Shown here piece after piece: positions 29,395 through 42,318 of a DNA stretch of 64,000 bases. Both the position numbers and the translations under genes were made by a program. Source of the DNA: an uncultured bacterium (lineage in GTDB: Bacteria > Krumholzibacteriota > Krumholzibacteriia > LZORAL124-64-63); NCBI GenBank assembly GCA_963732385.1, contig CAVSZB010000002.1:192001-256000 (forward strand), in the 5' to 3' direction. The notes under the pieces were generated by a model that saw only the letters and a list, made by a program, of their open reading frames with translations, was not told the origin of the DNA and searched no databases. The stretch's first letter is position 1. Every line of letters starts with the position of its first letter.

Positions 29395-30081
29395 TCAGGC
29401 GCCCGCCGCCTCCCAGCCGCCCTCGGCCACCGCGGCCCGCAACGCATCGGCGGCCGGCTCCCCCCGATCCAGCGCCGCCGCGAACCGCCCGACGAGGGCC
29501 GCGAAGACGCCGTCCGGATCCGCGGGCGGAGCCTCCAGGACGGTCGCGCCGGCGTAGGCCTCGGGAAGCGGCGTGCCCGGGAGAGCAACGACGACGAGCG
29601 CCGCGTCGGCGAACGAGGCCGCGTCGGCAACGACCGCCGCGGCACCCTCGGCGAGGGGTTCGACGGCGACCACGACCCGGTAGTCGCGGAGGTAGCGGAG
29701 GCCGAGCGACAGGTCGGCCGCGTCGAGGGTCAAGCCCGGCGGAGCCGGCAGGCGCCCGTCGGGCGGTGGCTCGACGGGCACGGCCTCGAGGATGAGCTCG
29801 CCGATCGCCGCCTCGGCGCCGTCGAGCTCGCCTTCGTCCCGTTCCGGCGCCAGGGCGGTGGGCCGAGCGGGGTCGCGCAGGATGGCGAGATGGCCGATGC
29901 CGCCACGCGCGATCGCCAGGAGCAGCTCCTCGCCCGCGCCGTCCTCGCCCACCTTGGCGAGAAGCTCGACCGGCACACCCGCGGCCGCGGCCGCGAGGGC
30001 CGCCTCGCCGGCGATGCCAACGACCTCGCCCCCTCCCGCAGAGCCCGGTCGGAACGCCACGGGGCCGATGCACACGATCAT
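29395..30081 (-). CDS. Short PfkB/ribokinase-like protein
   Basis: IVCIG, AALAAAAAG, LLAKVGEDGAGEEL; C-terminal DGVFAALVG. Confidence 0.55.
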   Translation of the reverse strand: MIVCIGPVAFRPGSAGGGEVVGIAGEAALAAAAAGVPVELLAKVGEDGAGEELLLAIARGGIGHLAILRDPARPTALAPERDEGELDGAEAAIGELILEAVPVEPPPDGRLPAPPGLTLDAADLSLGLRYLRDYRVVVAVEPLAEGAAAVVADAASFADAALVVVALPGTPLPEAYAGATVLEAPPADPDGVFAALVGRFAAALDRGEPAADALRAAVAEGGWEAAGA

Positions 30082-30149
30082 GGCCGCCAGCCTAGCACCG
30101 GGGCCGCCGCGGCGAGGGGCCGCCGCACCCGGACGGGCATGCGTCACGG

Positions 30150-30848
30150 TCAGTCGTCGTGGGGCGTCTCGCTCGGCTTCGGGGTCTTGTCGCCGTCGTC
30201 GTGCGTTTCGCTCGGCTCGGGCGTCTCGGTCGGACGCGGCGTCCGTGTCGGCCGAGGCGTCGCGTCCGGGCTGGGGCTCTCCCTCGGCTCGGGGCTCTCC
30301 CTCGGCTCGGGGCTCTCGCTCGGCTCGGGGCTCTCGCTCGGCGTGGCGGACGGGGACGGGCTGGCGCTCGGGGGCGGGCTGGCCGACGGCGACGCGACGG
30401 GCGGGCTCGGGCTGGCGACCTGCGTCGGGATGGGACTCTCGGCCGGTCGGTCGAAGAGGCGCGCCAGGGCGCCGACACCCACGGCGCCCGCACCCACCGT
30501 TCCCACGACCAGGACGAGCACGAGCGCGATCGCGGGCGCCCGGACGGCCACGGGTCGACCGCCGCTCCAGGCGACCCGCCAGAGGTCGCCGAGCGCGGCC
30601 ACGACGCCGAGCACGGCGCCCCGCCGGGCCGCGGTCACCGCCGCAACGACGGGCCGGGGCGTGGGCTCGACGGCAATGTCGGCCATCACGCGGTCGGTGA
30701 ATCCGGCGCTCGGGGCGATGTCCTCCGTGGCGGCGAGCCACTCCAGCTCACGGGCGGTCGCCATCGCCTCGGCCCGCTCGCCAGCCGTGGCCGACTCGCC
30801 GACCTCGTCGGGTCGGAAGCGGTCGGGTCGGGTCCAGCGCTCGCCCAT
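30150..30848 (-). CDS. Putative membrane-anchored anti-sigma factor with a Pro/Ser/Glu-rich tail
   Basis: PSAGFTDRVMA, a TM helix, SPEPSE repeats; directly follows the ECF sigma. Confidence 0.65.
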   Translation of the reverse strand: MGERWTRPDRFRPDEVGESATAGERAEAMATARELEWLAATEDIAPSAGFTDRVMADIAVEPTPRPVVAAVTAARRGAVLGVVAALGDLWRVAWSGGRPVAVRAPAIALVLVLVVGTVGAGAVGVGALARLFDRPAESPIPTQVASPSPPVASPSASPPPSASPSPSATPSESPEPSESPEPRESPEPRESPSPDATPRPTRTPRPTETPEPSETHDDGDKTPKPSETPHDD

Positions 30849-31471
30849 CAGGTCACGCCCCCCGCCTCGAGGGAGCGGCGAAGTCGCTCGAGCCCCCGAT
30901 GGAGATGGGTCTTCACGGTCCCGAGCGGCCGATCGCACTGGTCGGCGATCTCGGCCAGCGAGAGCTCGCCGAAGAAGCGCAGGACGAGGACCTCGCGATA
31001 GGGCTCCTCGAGGCCGGCGACCGCGGTCCGGATCGCCGCGGCTCGTTCCGCGCGAACGGCGAGCTGGGCGGGATCCGGCATGCTTCCGAACGCGGCCGTG
31101 AGCGCCGCCTCCCCGACCCGCTCGCGGCCGCCGGACCGGGACGCGTCGTCGGACACGGGCGTCGGGTCGATCCAGGCCACGGGGCGCCGCCGGCCGGCGC
31201 GCCGGACCGCGATCCGCGTTGCGATCCGGGAGAGCCAGGCGCCGAACGGGCCGTCGCCGCGCCAGGTCCCGAGGGCGCGATAGGCGGTCACGAAGGCCTC
31301 CTGCGCAGCGTCCTCGGCCTCGTGAAGGTCGCCCAGGATCCGGTAGCAGGTGCGGACGACGCTGCGCGACTCCCGCTCGACGAGGGCCCGGAACGCATCG
31401 GCGTCGCCCGACAGGACGGCGGCGACGACACGCCGTGCCTCCGAGTCGTCGGACGGGGAGGATCGGTGCAA
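30848..31471 (-). CDS. ECF sigma-70 factor (SigW-like)
   Basis: AEDAAQEAF, FGAWLSRIA, LSLAEIA..PLGTVKTHLHRG. Confidence 0.92.
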   Translation of the reverse strand: MHRSSPSDDSEARRVVAAVLSGDADAFRALVERESRSVVRTCYRILGDLHEAEDAAQEAFVTAYRALGTWRGDGPFGAWLSRIATRIAVRRAGRRRPVAWIDPTPVSDDASRSGGRERVGEAALTAAFGSMPDPAQLAVRAERAAAIRTAVAGLEEPYREVLVLRFFGELSLAEIADQCDRPLGTVKTHLHRGLERLRRSLEAGGVT

Positions 31472-31635
31472 GTCGAGATCGCGCGCGGTGTCGATCGCGA
31501 GGCCTCCGGCGTGACGGCGACCCGCGGGGCGGGGTACCGCCGTTGACGATACCCCGCGAGTCGGCTCGCGTGCGGGAAGATCGTCATCTGGGTGGGTCCT
31601 CGCCCGGCGGGCGCCGGGATGCGTGACGCGGAGCG

Positions 31636-32117
31636 TCAGTCGTCCTCGCCGTGATCGTCGTGGTCACCGTCGTCGTGGTCACCGTCGTCGTGGTCACCGT
31701 CGTCGTGGTCACCGTCGTCGTCCTCGTCGTCCGGAGACGCGGACGGGCGCGGGCTCGCGTGGTCGTCGTCGCGGACCTTCGGCGAGGACGTCGGCTCGGC
31801 GGTCTCGGCCGGCTCTTCGGTCTCGGCCGGCTCTTCGGTCTCGGCTGGCTCGGCCGTCGCGTCGTCGTCGGGCGACCCCGTCGGCTCGGCGGTTCCGTCG
31901 GGCTCGAAGGTCGCGTCGTCGGAAGCCACCGGCGAGGACGTCGCCTCGAACGTCGCCCCCTCGGAGGAATCGTCCGACCCGAACGTCGCGGCGGGGGCCG
32001 TGTCGGGAGCCGCGGGGACCATCACGGCGCTCGCGGCAAACGCAACGCCGGTGACGAGGAAGGCGGAAACGGCCGCGGCCGCGATGCCACGAACGATTCC
32101 GGGCGCAGGCGATCCAT
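31636..32117 (-). CDS. Secreted acidic low-complexity protein with (DDGDH)n tail; needs a 1-nt correction after the start
   Basis: GGAGG RBS; signal peptide IVRGIAAAAVSAFLVTGVAFAASA; EPAETE and DDGDH repeats. Confidence 0.65.
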
Positions 32118-32226
32118 CAGGCGAGGTTCCTCCAGGTGCAAAGCGGGCCGGTCGGTCCGGTCTCCGCGCCGCCGGTCGCGCGACCGGCCCGCTGCACCCA
32201 TTGAGGCGGGATCCTGGCGGAAGGTT

Positions 32227-33633
32227 TCAGCCCGTGGGCCGGCCGCCCGCCTCCTCGTCCCGGATCAGCTCGAGCTCGCCGATCCCGAGCGCCTCGACGT
32301 CGGCCGCGACACGGTCGGCGTCGCCGACGATGACGACGCCGAGCCGCTCCAGGTCAAGGTGGGCGCGCGCCGCGGCGAGCACGTCGGCTGCGGTCACGGC
32401 CTCGACGGCCGGCCGGTAGCGATCGAGCTCGTCGTCCGGGAGCCCATAGGTGACGAGCCCGCCGACCGCCGAGACCACCGGACCCGGCGTCTCGAAGCGG
32501 AGCGGGAAGACGCCGACGAGGTAGTCGCGGGCCGCCCGCAGCTCGGCGTCGGTCGGCGGCGCCTCCCGCATCCGGAGCAGCTCGGCGACGAGGTCGGCGA
32601 GCGCCGGCGCTGTCGCGTCCGTGTTCACGGCGGCACGGGCGGTGAACGGCCCCGCGAAGCGCCGCATGTCGAACCCGGCTCCGGCCCCGTACGTGTAGCC
32701 CTTTTCCTCCCGGAGCTTCATGTTCAGGCGGCTGTTGAAGAGGCCGCCGAGGATCGCCGACATGACCGCGACGGCGTGGTAGTCCGCGACCCGGCGCGGC
32801 AGGCCCGGATGGCCCACCCGCAGCTCCGACTGGACGGATCCCGGGCGGTGGACGATCCGCACCACCGGCCGCTCGAGGCGACCAGCCACGTGGGAAAGCG
32901 GCGGCGCGACGGCCCCGGTCGCCGGGGCGAGGTCGCCGAGCAGCGGCTCGAGAATCAGCGGGAGGTCGATTCCGGAGAGGTCGCCGCCCACGACGAGCGC
33001 GCAGCGGTCGAAGCCGGCCCAGGTGCGGAAGGCGGCGGCGGCGGCCGCATCGTCCAGGCCGGCCACCGTCGCTCGGGCGCCGCCGGCGGGGCGCGCGTAC
33101 GGGGTTGCCGGATCGTAGATCGTGGCGAGGTACTCCTCCTCGGCCCGGCGACCGGGGTCGGCCTTCGCCTGCAGGAGGTCGTTGAGCCGCTGGTCGCGGA
33201 GGCGCTCGACTTCCCGCGGCGGGAAGGCAGGCTCACGGGCGACCTCGGCCAGGAGCGCGAGGGCCGCGGCGAGGCGCTCGGCCGGCACGTCGACCCCGAC
33301 GACCGTCGCGTCCCAGCCTGCCTCGGATCGGAGCGATGCGCCGAGCCGCTCCGACTCCTCGACGAGCGCGATCGCGTCGCGTCGCAACGTCCCTTCCGTG
33401 AGCGACCGCGCGGCGAGGACGGTCACCCCACCGCGCTCGGCCGGCTCGTCGACGGCGCCCATCGGGAGCGACAGGCTGGCCGTGACGAGGAACCTGCCGG
33501 GCAGGTGGACCGCGTGGACCGGCAGCCCGCCGGAGAGCCGGCCCCGCTCGACGGCAGGGAAGGCGAACGGCCGGGGCGTGCCGGGCACCGGCCGCAGGCC
33601 GAGCGCCGCCTCGAGCGGATCGGTCGTGCTCAT
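32227..33633 (-). CDS. M16 (pitrilysin) peptidase, non-catalytic subunit
   Basis: ILGGLFNSRLNMKLREEKGYTYG; no HxxEH. Confidence 0.9.
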   Translation of the reverse strand: MSTTDPLEAALGLRPVPGTPRPFAFPAVERGRLSGGLPVHAVHLPGRFLVTASLSLPMGAVDEPAERGGVTVLAARSLTEGTLRRDAIALVEESERLGASLRSEAGWDATVVGVDVPAERLAAALALLAEVAREPAFPPREVERLRDQRLNDLLQAKADPGRRAEEEYLATIYDPATPYARPAGGARATVAGLDDAAAAAAFRTWAGFDRCALVVGGDLSGIDLPLILEPLLGDLAPATGAVAPPLSHVAGRLERPVVRIVHRPGSVQSELRVGHPGLPRRVADYHAVAVMSAILGGLFNSRLNMKLREEKGYTYGAGAGFDMRRFAGPFTARAAVNTDATAPALADLVAELLRMREAPPTDAELRAARDYLVGVFPLRFETPGPVVSAVGGLVTYGLPDDELDRYRPAVEAVTAADVLAAARAHLDLERLGVVIVGDADRVAADVEALGIGELELIRDEEAGGRPTG

Positions 33634-35027
33634 GCCGGAACCTCCGTCGAGTCGTCCTGGATCGGCCCGCCGCCGTCACCGGCGTCCGCATCGCCGGTCT
33701 CGACGTCGCCCGTCGCCGCGTCGCCCGGGGCGGGTTTCGCGCCCTCGCCGCCGGCGGCGGCCGGGAGATACGTCATCACGACGCGGTTGTGATCGACAAG
33801 GAGCTCCGCGCAGACGGCGCGCACGTCGGCCGCTGTCGCGGCGAGGAATCGCCCGAGCTGGCGGTTGACCTCGCCCGGGTCGTCGAGGAGGGTGGCGAAC
33901 ATGCCGAGGCGATCGGCCCGCTCGGCGACCCGCTGGAGCGCCCCGAGCTCGTCGGTCTCGATGAGGGCCTTGGCCCTGGCCAGCTCGTCGTCGGTGATCT
34001 CCTCGGTCGTCAGACGGGCGATCTCCGCGAGAAACCCCGCCTCGACCAGCTCGCGATCGGCGTCGGGCCGGACGGTCGCCCACCCCATGAACACGGACGG
34101 TCCCGACGAGAACGGCAGCAGGAAGAGGGCGACGTCCTGGGCGATCCGAGACTCCCGCACGAGGCGGCGGTGCAGACGGCTCCCCTTGCCGCCGGCAAGG
34201 ACCTGGCAGGCGATCTCGAGTGGATACAGGCGGTCGTCGCCGAGCGCGGGGGCGCGCCACGCCGCGTAGATGCGCGGCAGCGGAACGCGGTCCTCCACCG
34301 TCTCGCGGCGCTCGCCGCCGAGCGTCATCGGCAGCGGGTCGACCGCGAACGGGGGAATGGCCGGGTTCGCCGGGATCGGGCCGAAGTACCGCTCCACCCA
34401 CGCCCGGGCCTGGGCCGGGTCGACGTCGCCGACGATCGAGAGGACGGCGTTGTTCGGCGCGTAGTAGGTCCGAAAGAACGCGGAGACGTCCTCGAGCGAC
34501 GCCGCGTCGAGGTCCTCCATCGAGCCGATCGTGGGGTGGTGGTAGGGATGGTCCGGCGGGTAGAGGTGGCCGAGGACCTTCTCCTGCCACGAGCCGTAGG
34601 GCTGGTTGTCGTACGAGAGACGCTTCTCGTTCTTGACGACCGCCCGCTGGTTGTCGAGGTTCTCCTGGCTCAGCGCGTCGAGGAGCGTCGCGAGCCGGTC
34701 GGCCTCGAGCCAGATCGCGAGCTCGAGCTGGTGGGCCGGCACGGTCTCGAAGTAGTTGGTGCGGTCGAGCCAGGTCGTCCCGTTCATGGTGCCGCCCGCC
34801 GCCTGCACGAGGGCGATGTGCTCGGCCTTCGCCACGTGCCGGCTGCCCTGGAACATGACGTGCTCGAAGAGGTGGGCGAAGCCGGTCCTGCCGGGCTGCT
34901 CGTGCTTGCTCCCGACGTCGTACCAGACGTTCACGGCGACGACCGGCACGAGGTGGTCCTCGCTGATGAGGAGGCGCAGCCCGTTCGGGAGGCGCTCGTC
35001 CGAGAAGGGCACGGCGGGAACCGGCAT
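33630..35027 (-). CDS. M16 (pitrilysin) zinc peptidase, catalytic subunit
   Basis: LPNGL, GFAHLFEHVMF (HxxEH), NGTT..DRTNY, YYAPNNA. Confidence 0.93.
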   Translation of the reverse strand: MPVPAVPFSDERLPNGLRLLISEDHLVPVVAVNVWYDVGSKHEQPGRTGFAHLFEHVMFQGSRHVAKAEHIALVQAAGGTMNGTTWLDRTNYFETVPAHQLELAIWLEADRLATLLDALSQENLDNQRAVVKNEKRLSYDNQPYGSWQEKVLGHLYPPDHPYHHPTIGSMEDLDAASLEDVSAFFRTYYAPNNAVLSIVGDVDPAQARAWVERYFGPIPANPAIPPFAVDPLPMTLGGERRETVEDRVPLPRIYAAWRAPALGDDRLYPLEIACQVLAGGKGSRLHRRLVRESRIAQDVALFLLPFSSGPSVFMGWATVRPDADRELVEAGFLAEIARLTTEEITDDELARAKALIETDELGALQRVAERADRLGMFATLLDDPGEVNRQLGRFLAATAADVRAVCAELLVDHNRVVMTYLPAAAGGEGAKPAPGDAATGDVETGDADAGDGGGPIQDDSTEVPA

Positions 35028-35190
35028 GCAGGCCTCGTCAGGTGCGGGAGTGAGCCGGGCGATTGTAGGGCCGCCGGCTCGACTGCGCGCCGGGGGTCGC
35101 ACGAGGCCGGGTCGCATGGCGCCCCCGCTGCCGGCGACGCGTGACGCGGCGACGACGGCCGGTCGTCCCGAGTCCCGCGACAGGAAGCAC

Positions 35191-35229
35191 TTGACAAGCG
35201 TCGAATTCATGTTAGATTGCCGTCTAACA
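35191..35229 (+). promoter_or_regulatory. Promoter overlapped by the palindromic operator TGTTAGA-N6-TCTAACA
   Basis: TTGACA at 35191-35196, TAGATT at 35213-35218; perfect 7-bp inverted repeat at 35210-35229. Confidence 0.75.
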
Positions 35230-35254
35230 AGAGACTCAACACGAGGAACGCCCG

Positions 35255-36367
35255 ATGGCCCGTCCCGCCCGCACCGCCACCACGACCCGGCCCGCCCGGG
35301 CGCTCGTGCGCGACATGACCGGCGCCCCGGCCGCCCCGGCCGCCCCCCAGGTCGTCCTCGAGGCGCGGCCCGCGGTCGACTTCCTCGTCAGCCTCATGCT
35401 CGACACCGAGCCCGAGCTGCTTCCCGTCGACCGGACCTGGCTCGAGGACGCCCGCGCGTCGCTCTCGGACGCCCTGCGTCGCGACCACGCCCGCCAGTTC
35501 GGGAGCTCACCCACGGGCAAGGGCCTCGGGATGGCGCTCGTGCCGCTCGCCATCCAGGATACGGGCGTCCGCACGGCCGCGGACGTCGTCGCCCTGGCCG
35601 CGCGCATCGAGGCCCGTGACCTCCTGGCCACGGCCTGCGAGGACGACGAGCTGCAGGTCCCGCTGGAGCTGGCACTGCGCGTGCTCGGCGGCGAGGCGGC
35701 GCTCCGCGACGAGGCGGTCGCGGCCTGTCCCGACGTCCTCCGCGGGGCCGTTGGCCGCCTCCTCGACGATCCGACGGCCGAGCTGCGCGCCATGCGGCGC
35801 GTCGTGCGCGCCTGGGCCGAGCGCTTCGCCTCGATCGAGGCGCGCGTCGCGGCGATGGAGCAGCGCGACGTGGATGGACGCCGGGCCGATCTCGGGCGCC
35901 TGCCCCTCGGGGAGTTCGTCGAGCGGGCGACGGGCGGCGTGCGCTGGACGCAGAAGGCGGGTACGCGCCGCCTCTTCCTGAGCCCGAGCTACTTCACCCG
36001 GCCGTACAACTACGTCTTCGGCGGCAGCGACTGGCACATGTTCGCCTATCCCCTCGCCGACGGCGCGCTCGGGGCCGAGGCCGCCATGGTCCCGGCCGCG
36101 AGCATCCGCCTCTTCAAGGCCCTGGGCGACGAGAGCCGCCTCCGGATCCTCCGCCTCCTCGCCTCGGGAGACCTCTACCTGACCGAGATCGCCGAGCGGA
36201 TGGGCCTCTCGAAGCCCACCGTCAGCCACCATCTCGCCTTGCTGCGGGCGGCCGGCCTGGTGACGATCACCGAGGCGGGATCGCTCACCTACTACAGCCT
36301 CCGCCGCGACCGGATCCTCAGCGCCGGCGTCGAGCTCGCCCAGTTCCTCGGCGAGCCGGCGCCCTAG
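35255..36367 (+). CDS. ArsR/SmtB-family regulator with a long N-terminal domain and C-terminal wHTH
   Basis: FKALGDESRLRILRLL..EIAERMGLSKPTVSHHLALLRAAGLV. Confidence 0.88.
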   Translation: MARPARTATTTRPARALVRDMTGAPAAPAAPQVVLEARPAVDFLVSLMLDTEPELLPVDRTWLEDARASLSDALRRDHARQFGSSPTGKGLGMALVPLAIQDTGVRTAADVVALAARIEARDLLATACEDDELQVPLELALRVLGGEAALRDEAVAACPDVLRGAVGRLLDDPTAELRAMRRVVRAWAERFASIEARVAAMEQRDVDGRRADLGRLPLGEFVERATGGVRWTQKAGTRRLFLSPSYFTRPYNYVFGGSDWHMFAYPLADGALGAEAAMVPAASIRLFKALGDESRLRILRLLASGDLYLTEIAERMGLSKPTVSHHLALLRAAGLVTITEAGSLTYYSLRRDRILSAGVELAQFLGEPAP

Positions 36368-36423
36368 GCGCGACGAGCGGCAATCCAACCAGCACGACCC
36401 AGAAGCGGTCAGCGACCACAGAG

Positions 36424-36443
36424 CGTTAGATAGGCATCGAACG
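36424..36443 (+). promoter_or_regulatory. Second operator copy CGTTAGA-N6-TCGAACG
   Basis: Matches the 35210 palindrome with the same 6-nt spacer; lies just upstream of the small ORF. Confidence 0.6.
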
Positions 36444-36456
36444 AGGGGATGACGAG

Positions 36457-36723
36457 ATGCAGACGACGATCCGGCTCGGCGCTCCGCCGACCACACCCAC
36501 CTCCACCATCACGCTGTACGCGGGCGACGGGATGCACACGACCGGGGCCGAGATCGACTTCCGGATGCGGCGACTGGCCGCCGAGGCCCAGCACGAGCGC
36601 TCGACGCGCTCCCGCGACGGCCTGCGACGGACGGTCGGCCATTCGCTCATCGCCCTCGGGCGGGCGATCCACGGCCTCGAGCCGGACCCGCCCGCTCGGC
36701 GGCCGGCGCTCAGGGCCCGGTGA
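36457..36723 (+). CDS. Small hypothetical protein
   Basis: GAGGGG RBS; RMRRLAAEAQHER..RRTVGHSLIALGRAI; followed by a hairpin. Confidence 0.6.
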   Translation: MQTTIRLGAPPTTPTSTITLYAGDGMHTTGAEIDFRMRRLAAEAQHERSTRSRDGLRRTVGHSLIALGRAIHGLEPDPPARRPALRAR

Positions 36724-36763
36724 GTTGCCGGGGTCGAGCCCGGCCCGCACCCGCCGACATGAC

Positions 36764-36789
36764 GAAGGGGCGCCGCGAGGCGCCCCTTC
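36764..36789. terminator. Strong hairpin between convergent genes
   Basis: GAAGGGGCGCC-GCGA-GGCGCCCCTTC. Confidence 0.7.
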
Positions 36790-36831
36790 CAGGTTCGCGG
36801 GGACCTCGCTCGGCGACCGGGCGGGTTCGTG

Positions 36832-37242
36832 CTAGACGGGCAGCACCACGAGCGCCGCGGCCCCGGCGATCCCGATCGCAGCGGAGGCGCCGAAGATGGC
36901 CAGGGACTTGTTCCGATCGGCGCGGCGGGCCGCGGCATCCTCGACCTGCTCCACGCTCCCGAGCTGACCGAAGTTCCGGACGCCGGCCATGCCGAAGCCC
37001 GCGCAGAACCGGAACCGAGCCTGGAGGAACCCGGTGGCGGCGCCGGCGAGTGGCAGGGCGACGAGCCAGCGGGCAGCCGTCGGAGCATCGAGCGCCAGGA
37101 GGGCGACCCCGAGACCGGCCGCCGCGATGAGGCCGACGTAGCCCGTACGGCGGCGGCGGGCGATCTCGGCAGGCCCGATGTTGCAGGTGCCGGGAACGTA
37201 CCCGTCCGGCGTGGAGTCGAAGGCCATCCGTGGTGTCGTCAT
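36832..37242 (-). CDS. Conserved hypothetical membrane protein
   Basis: YVPGTCNIGPAEIARRR, three hydrophobic helices, FLQARFRFCAGFG. Confidence 0.75.
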   Translation of the reverse strand: MTTPRMAFDSTPDGYVPGTCNIGPAEIARRRRTGYVGLIAAAGLGVALLALDAPTAARWLVALPLAGAATGFLQARFRFCAGFGMAGVRNFGQLGSVEQVEDAAARRADRNKSLAIFGASAAIGIAGAAALVVLPV

Positions 37243-37324
37243 GACCTCCATTCGCAGCCGGACCGGTCGCGGTTTGCCCGTCCTAGCCCTTGGCCGTCGC
37301 GGCCACCCTGACCCGGCCCCCCTG

Positions 37325-40833
<3,509 letters not shown>

Positions 40834-40837
<4 letters not shown>

Positions 40838-42099
40838 CCGCTGCCCCCGGCGCGCCGCTGCGGCAGCATGCTCGCGGGCGGCGGCCACGAAGCGGTCGAA
40901 GACGGCGAGGGCGTCGAGCGGGCCGGGCGCGCCCTCGGGGTGGTACTGGACGGTCTCGATCGGCAGGTCCCGGTGGCGCAGGCCCTCGACCGAGCCGTCG
41001 TTGAGGTTCACCTGGCTGACGCCGAAGCCGCTCGTCCGCGGGGAGCGTCGCGGCGTCGACCGTGACCTCGTGGTTCTGGGCGGTCACCTGGACGTGCCGG
41101 CTGGCCGCGTCGCTGGACCGGATGGTTCGCCCCGTGATGCCCGAACCGGAGGCGCCGCGTCTCGGCGCCGGCCGCCCGGCCGACGATCTGGTGGCCGAGG
41201 CAGATGCCGAGGAGCGGGCCGGCCGTCGTCGATGATCGCCCGGGCGAGAGCGACGGGGCCGGCGAGCCGGGCCGGGTCGCCCGGGCCCGGCGAGAGGACG
41301 ACGCCGTCGACGTCCGGGCGCGAGGACGTCCGCGGCGGTCGCCGTGTGCGGCAGCACGCGGACGCGGACGCCGCGCGCGTCGCAGGCCCGGCACGATGTT
41401 CGCCTTGAGGCCGAAGTCGACGATCGCGACGAGCGGTGCCGCGCTCGGCGACCGCGTCGCCGACCTCGAACGCGGCGCGCCGGCGAGACCGGCCGACGAA
41501 GTCCTGGTCCTCCCAGCGCGGCCACGGCCCGGGCGCGCGGCCACGGGCGTCGTCGACGTCCGTCTCGCCGGGCGCCGTGACGATCGCGCGCAGGCAGCCG
41601 TGCGTCCGCAGGTGGCGGGCGAGCGCTCGCGTGTCGACCCCGGCGATCGCCGGGATCCCGCTCCGTCCGCAGGAGCGCCGCCAGCTGGGCCGCCCGCTCG
41701 ACGACGGCCGCCGTGGCTGTCGCGACGACGAGCGCCGCGCAGCCACGGCCGCTCCGACTGGTCGTCGGCGACGGATGCGGCCGTAGTTGCCGATGAGCGG
41801 GTAGGTCATGACGACGACCTGGCCGGCGTACGAGGGGTCGGTGCAGACCTCCTGGTAGCCGGTCTGGCTCGTGTTGACGACGAGGTCGCCGCCGGCCGCG
41901 GCCTCGGCGCGCCGAAGCGCGATCCCGGGGAAGACGGTGCCGTCCTCGAGCGCGAGGAGAGCCGGGCCCGCGGTCGCCGACACGCGGGTCGACGATGAGG
42001 TCCGCGTCGGGGAACGGCGGGCCGTCGAGCGGCGGGCCGTCGAGCATCCGTCGCGACCCGCGCGGAGTGGCCGACGCGGGAGCGGCACGCGTCGCTCAT
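40834..42099 (-). CDS. carA: Carbamoyl-phosphate synthase small subunit (many frameshifts; start approximate)
   Basis: [48 protein letters not shown]. Confidence 0.92.
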
Positions 42100-42161
42100 C
42101 GCGGCCCGGACAGAAGACGCCACCGGCCTGCGGGGCGCGGTGGACGACGGAGCATGCGCAC
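42096..42161 (-). CDS. Putative 21-aa uORF coupled to carA
   Basis: AAAGGAGG then GTG; its TGA overlaps the next ATG (ATGA). Confidence 0.35.
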   Translation of the reverse strand: MRMLRRPPRPAGRWRLLSGPR

Positions 42162-42170
42162 GACCAGCCT

Positions 42171-42224
42171 CCTTTCCGGCCTCACGGGACCGGTACGCCG
42201 GCCTCACGGGACCGGCCACAAAGG
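42171..42224 (-). promoter_or_regulatory. PyrR-binding RNA element with two tandem loops
   Basis: CCTTTGTGG-CCGGTCCCGTGAGGCCGG-CGTA-CCGGTCCCGTGAGGCCGG-AAAGG upstream of carA; matches the GUCCnGnGAGGC PyrR consensus. Confidence 0.85.
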
Positions 42225-42318
42225 ACGGGCGAAGGGTAGCACGCGCCCGCGCGGCGGCGGGTGCGGTGTCGAGCGCCGGGCATCTCGCGCGGGCACCTCG
42301 CGCGGGACCGGCCGGGCG

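Noticed and set aside
30262..31720. 18-bp and 15-bp tandem repeats as non-coding elements
   Set aside because: They are in-frame coding repeats (SPEPSE, DDGDH) of low-complexity proteins.
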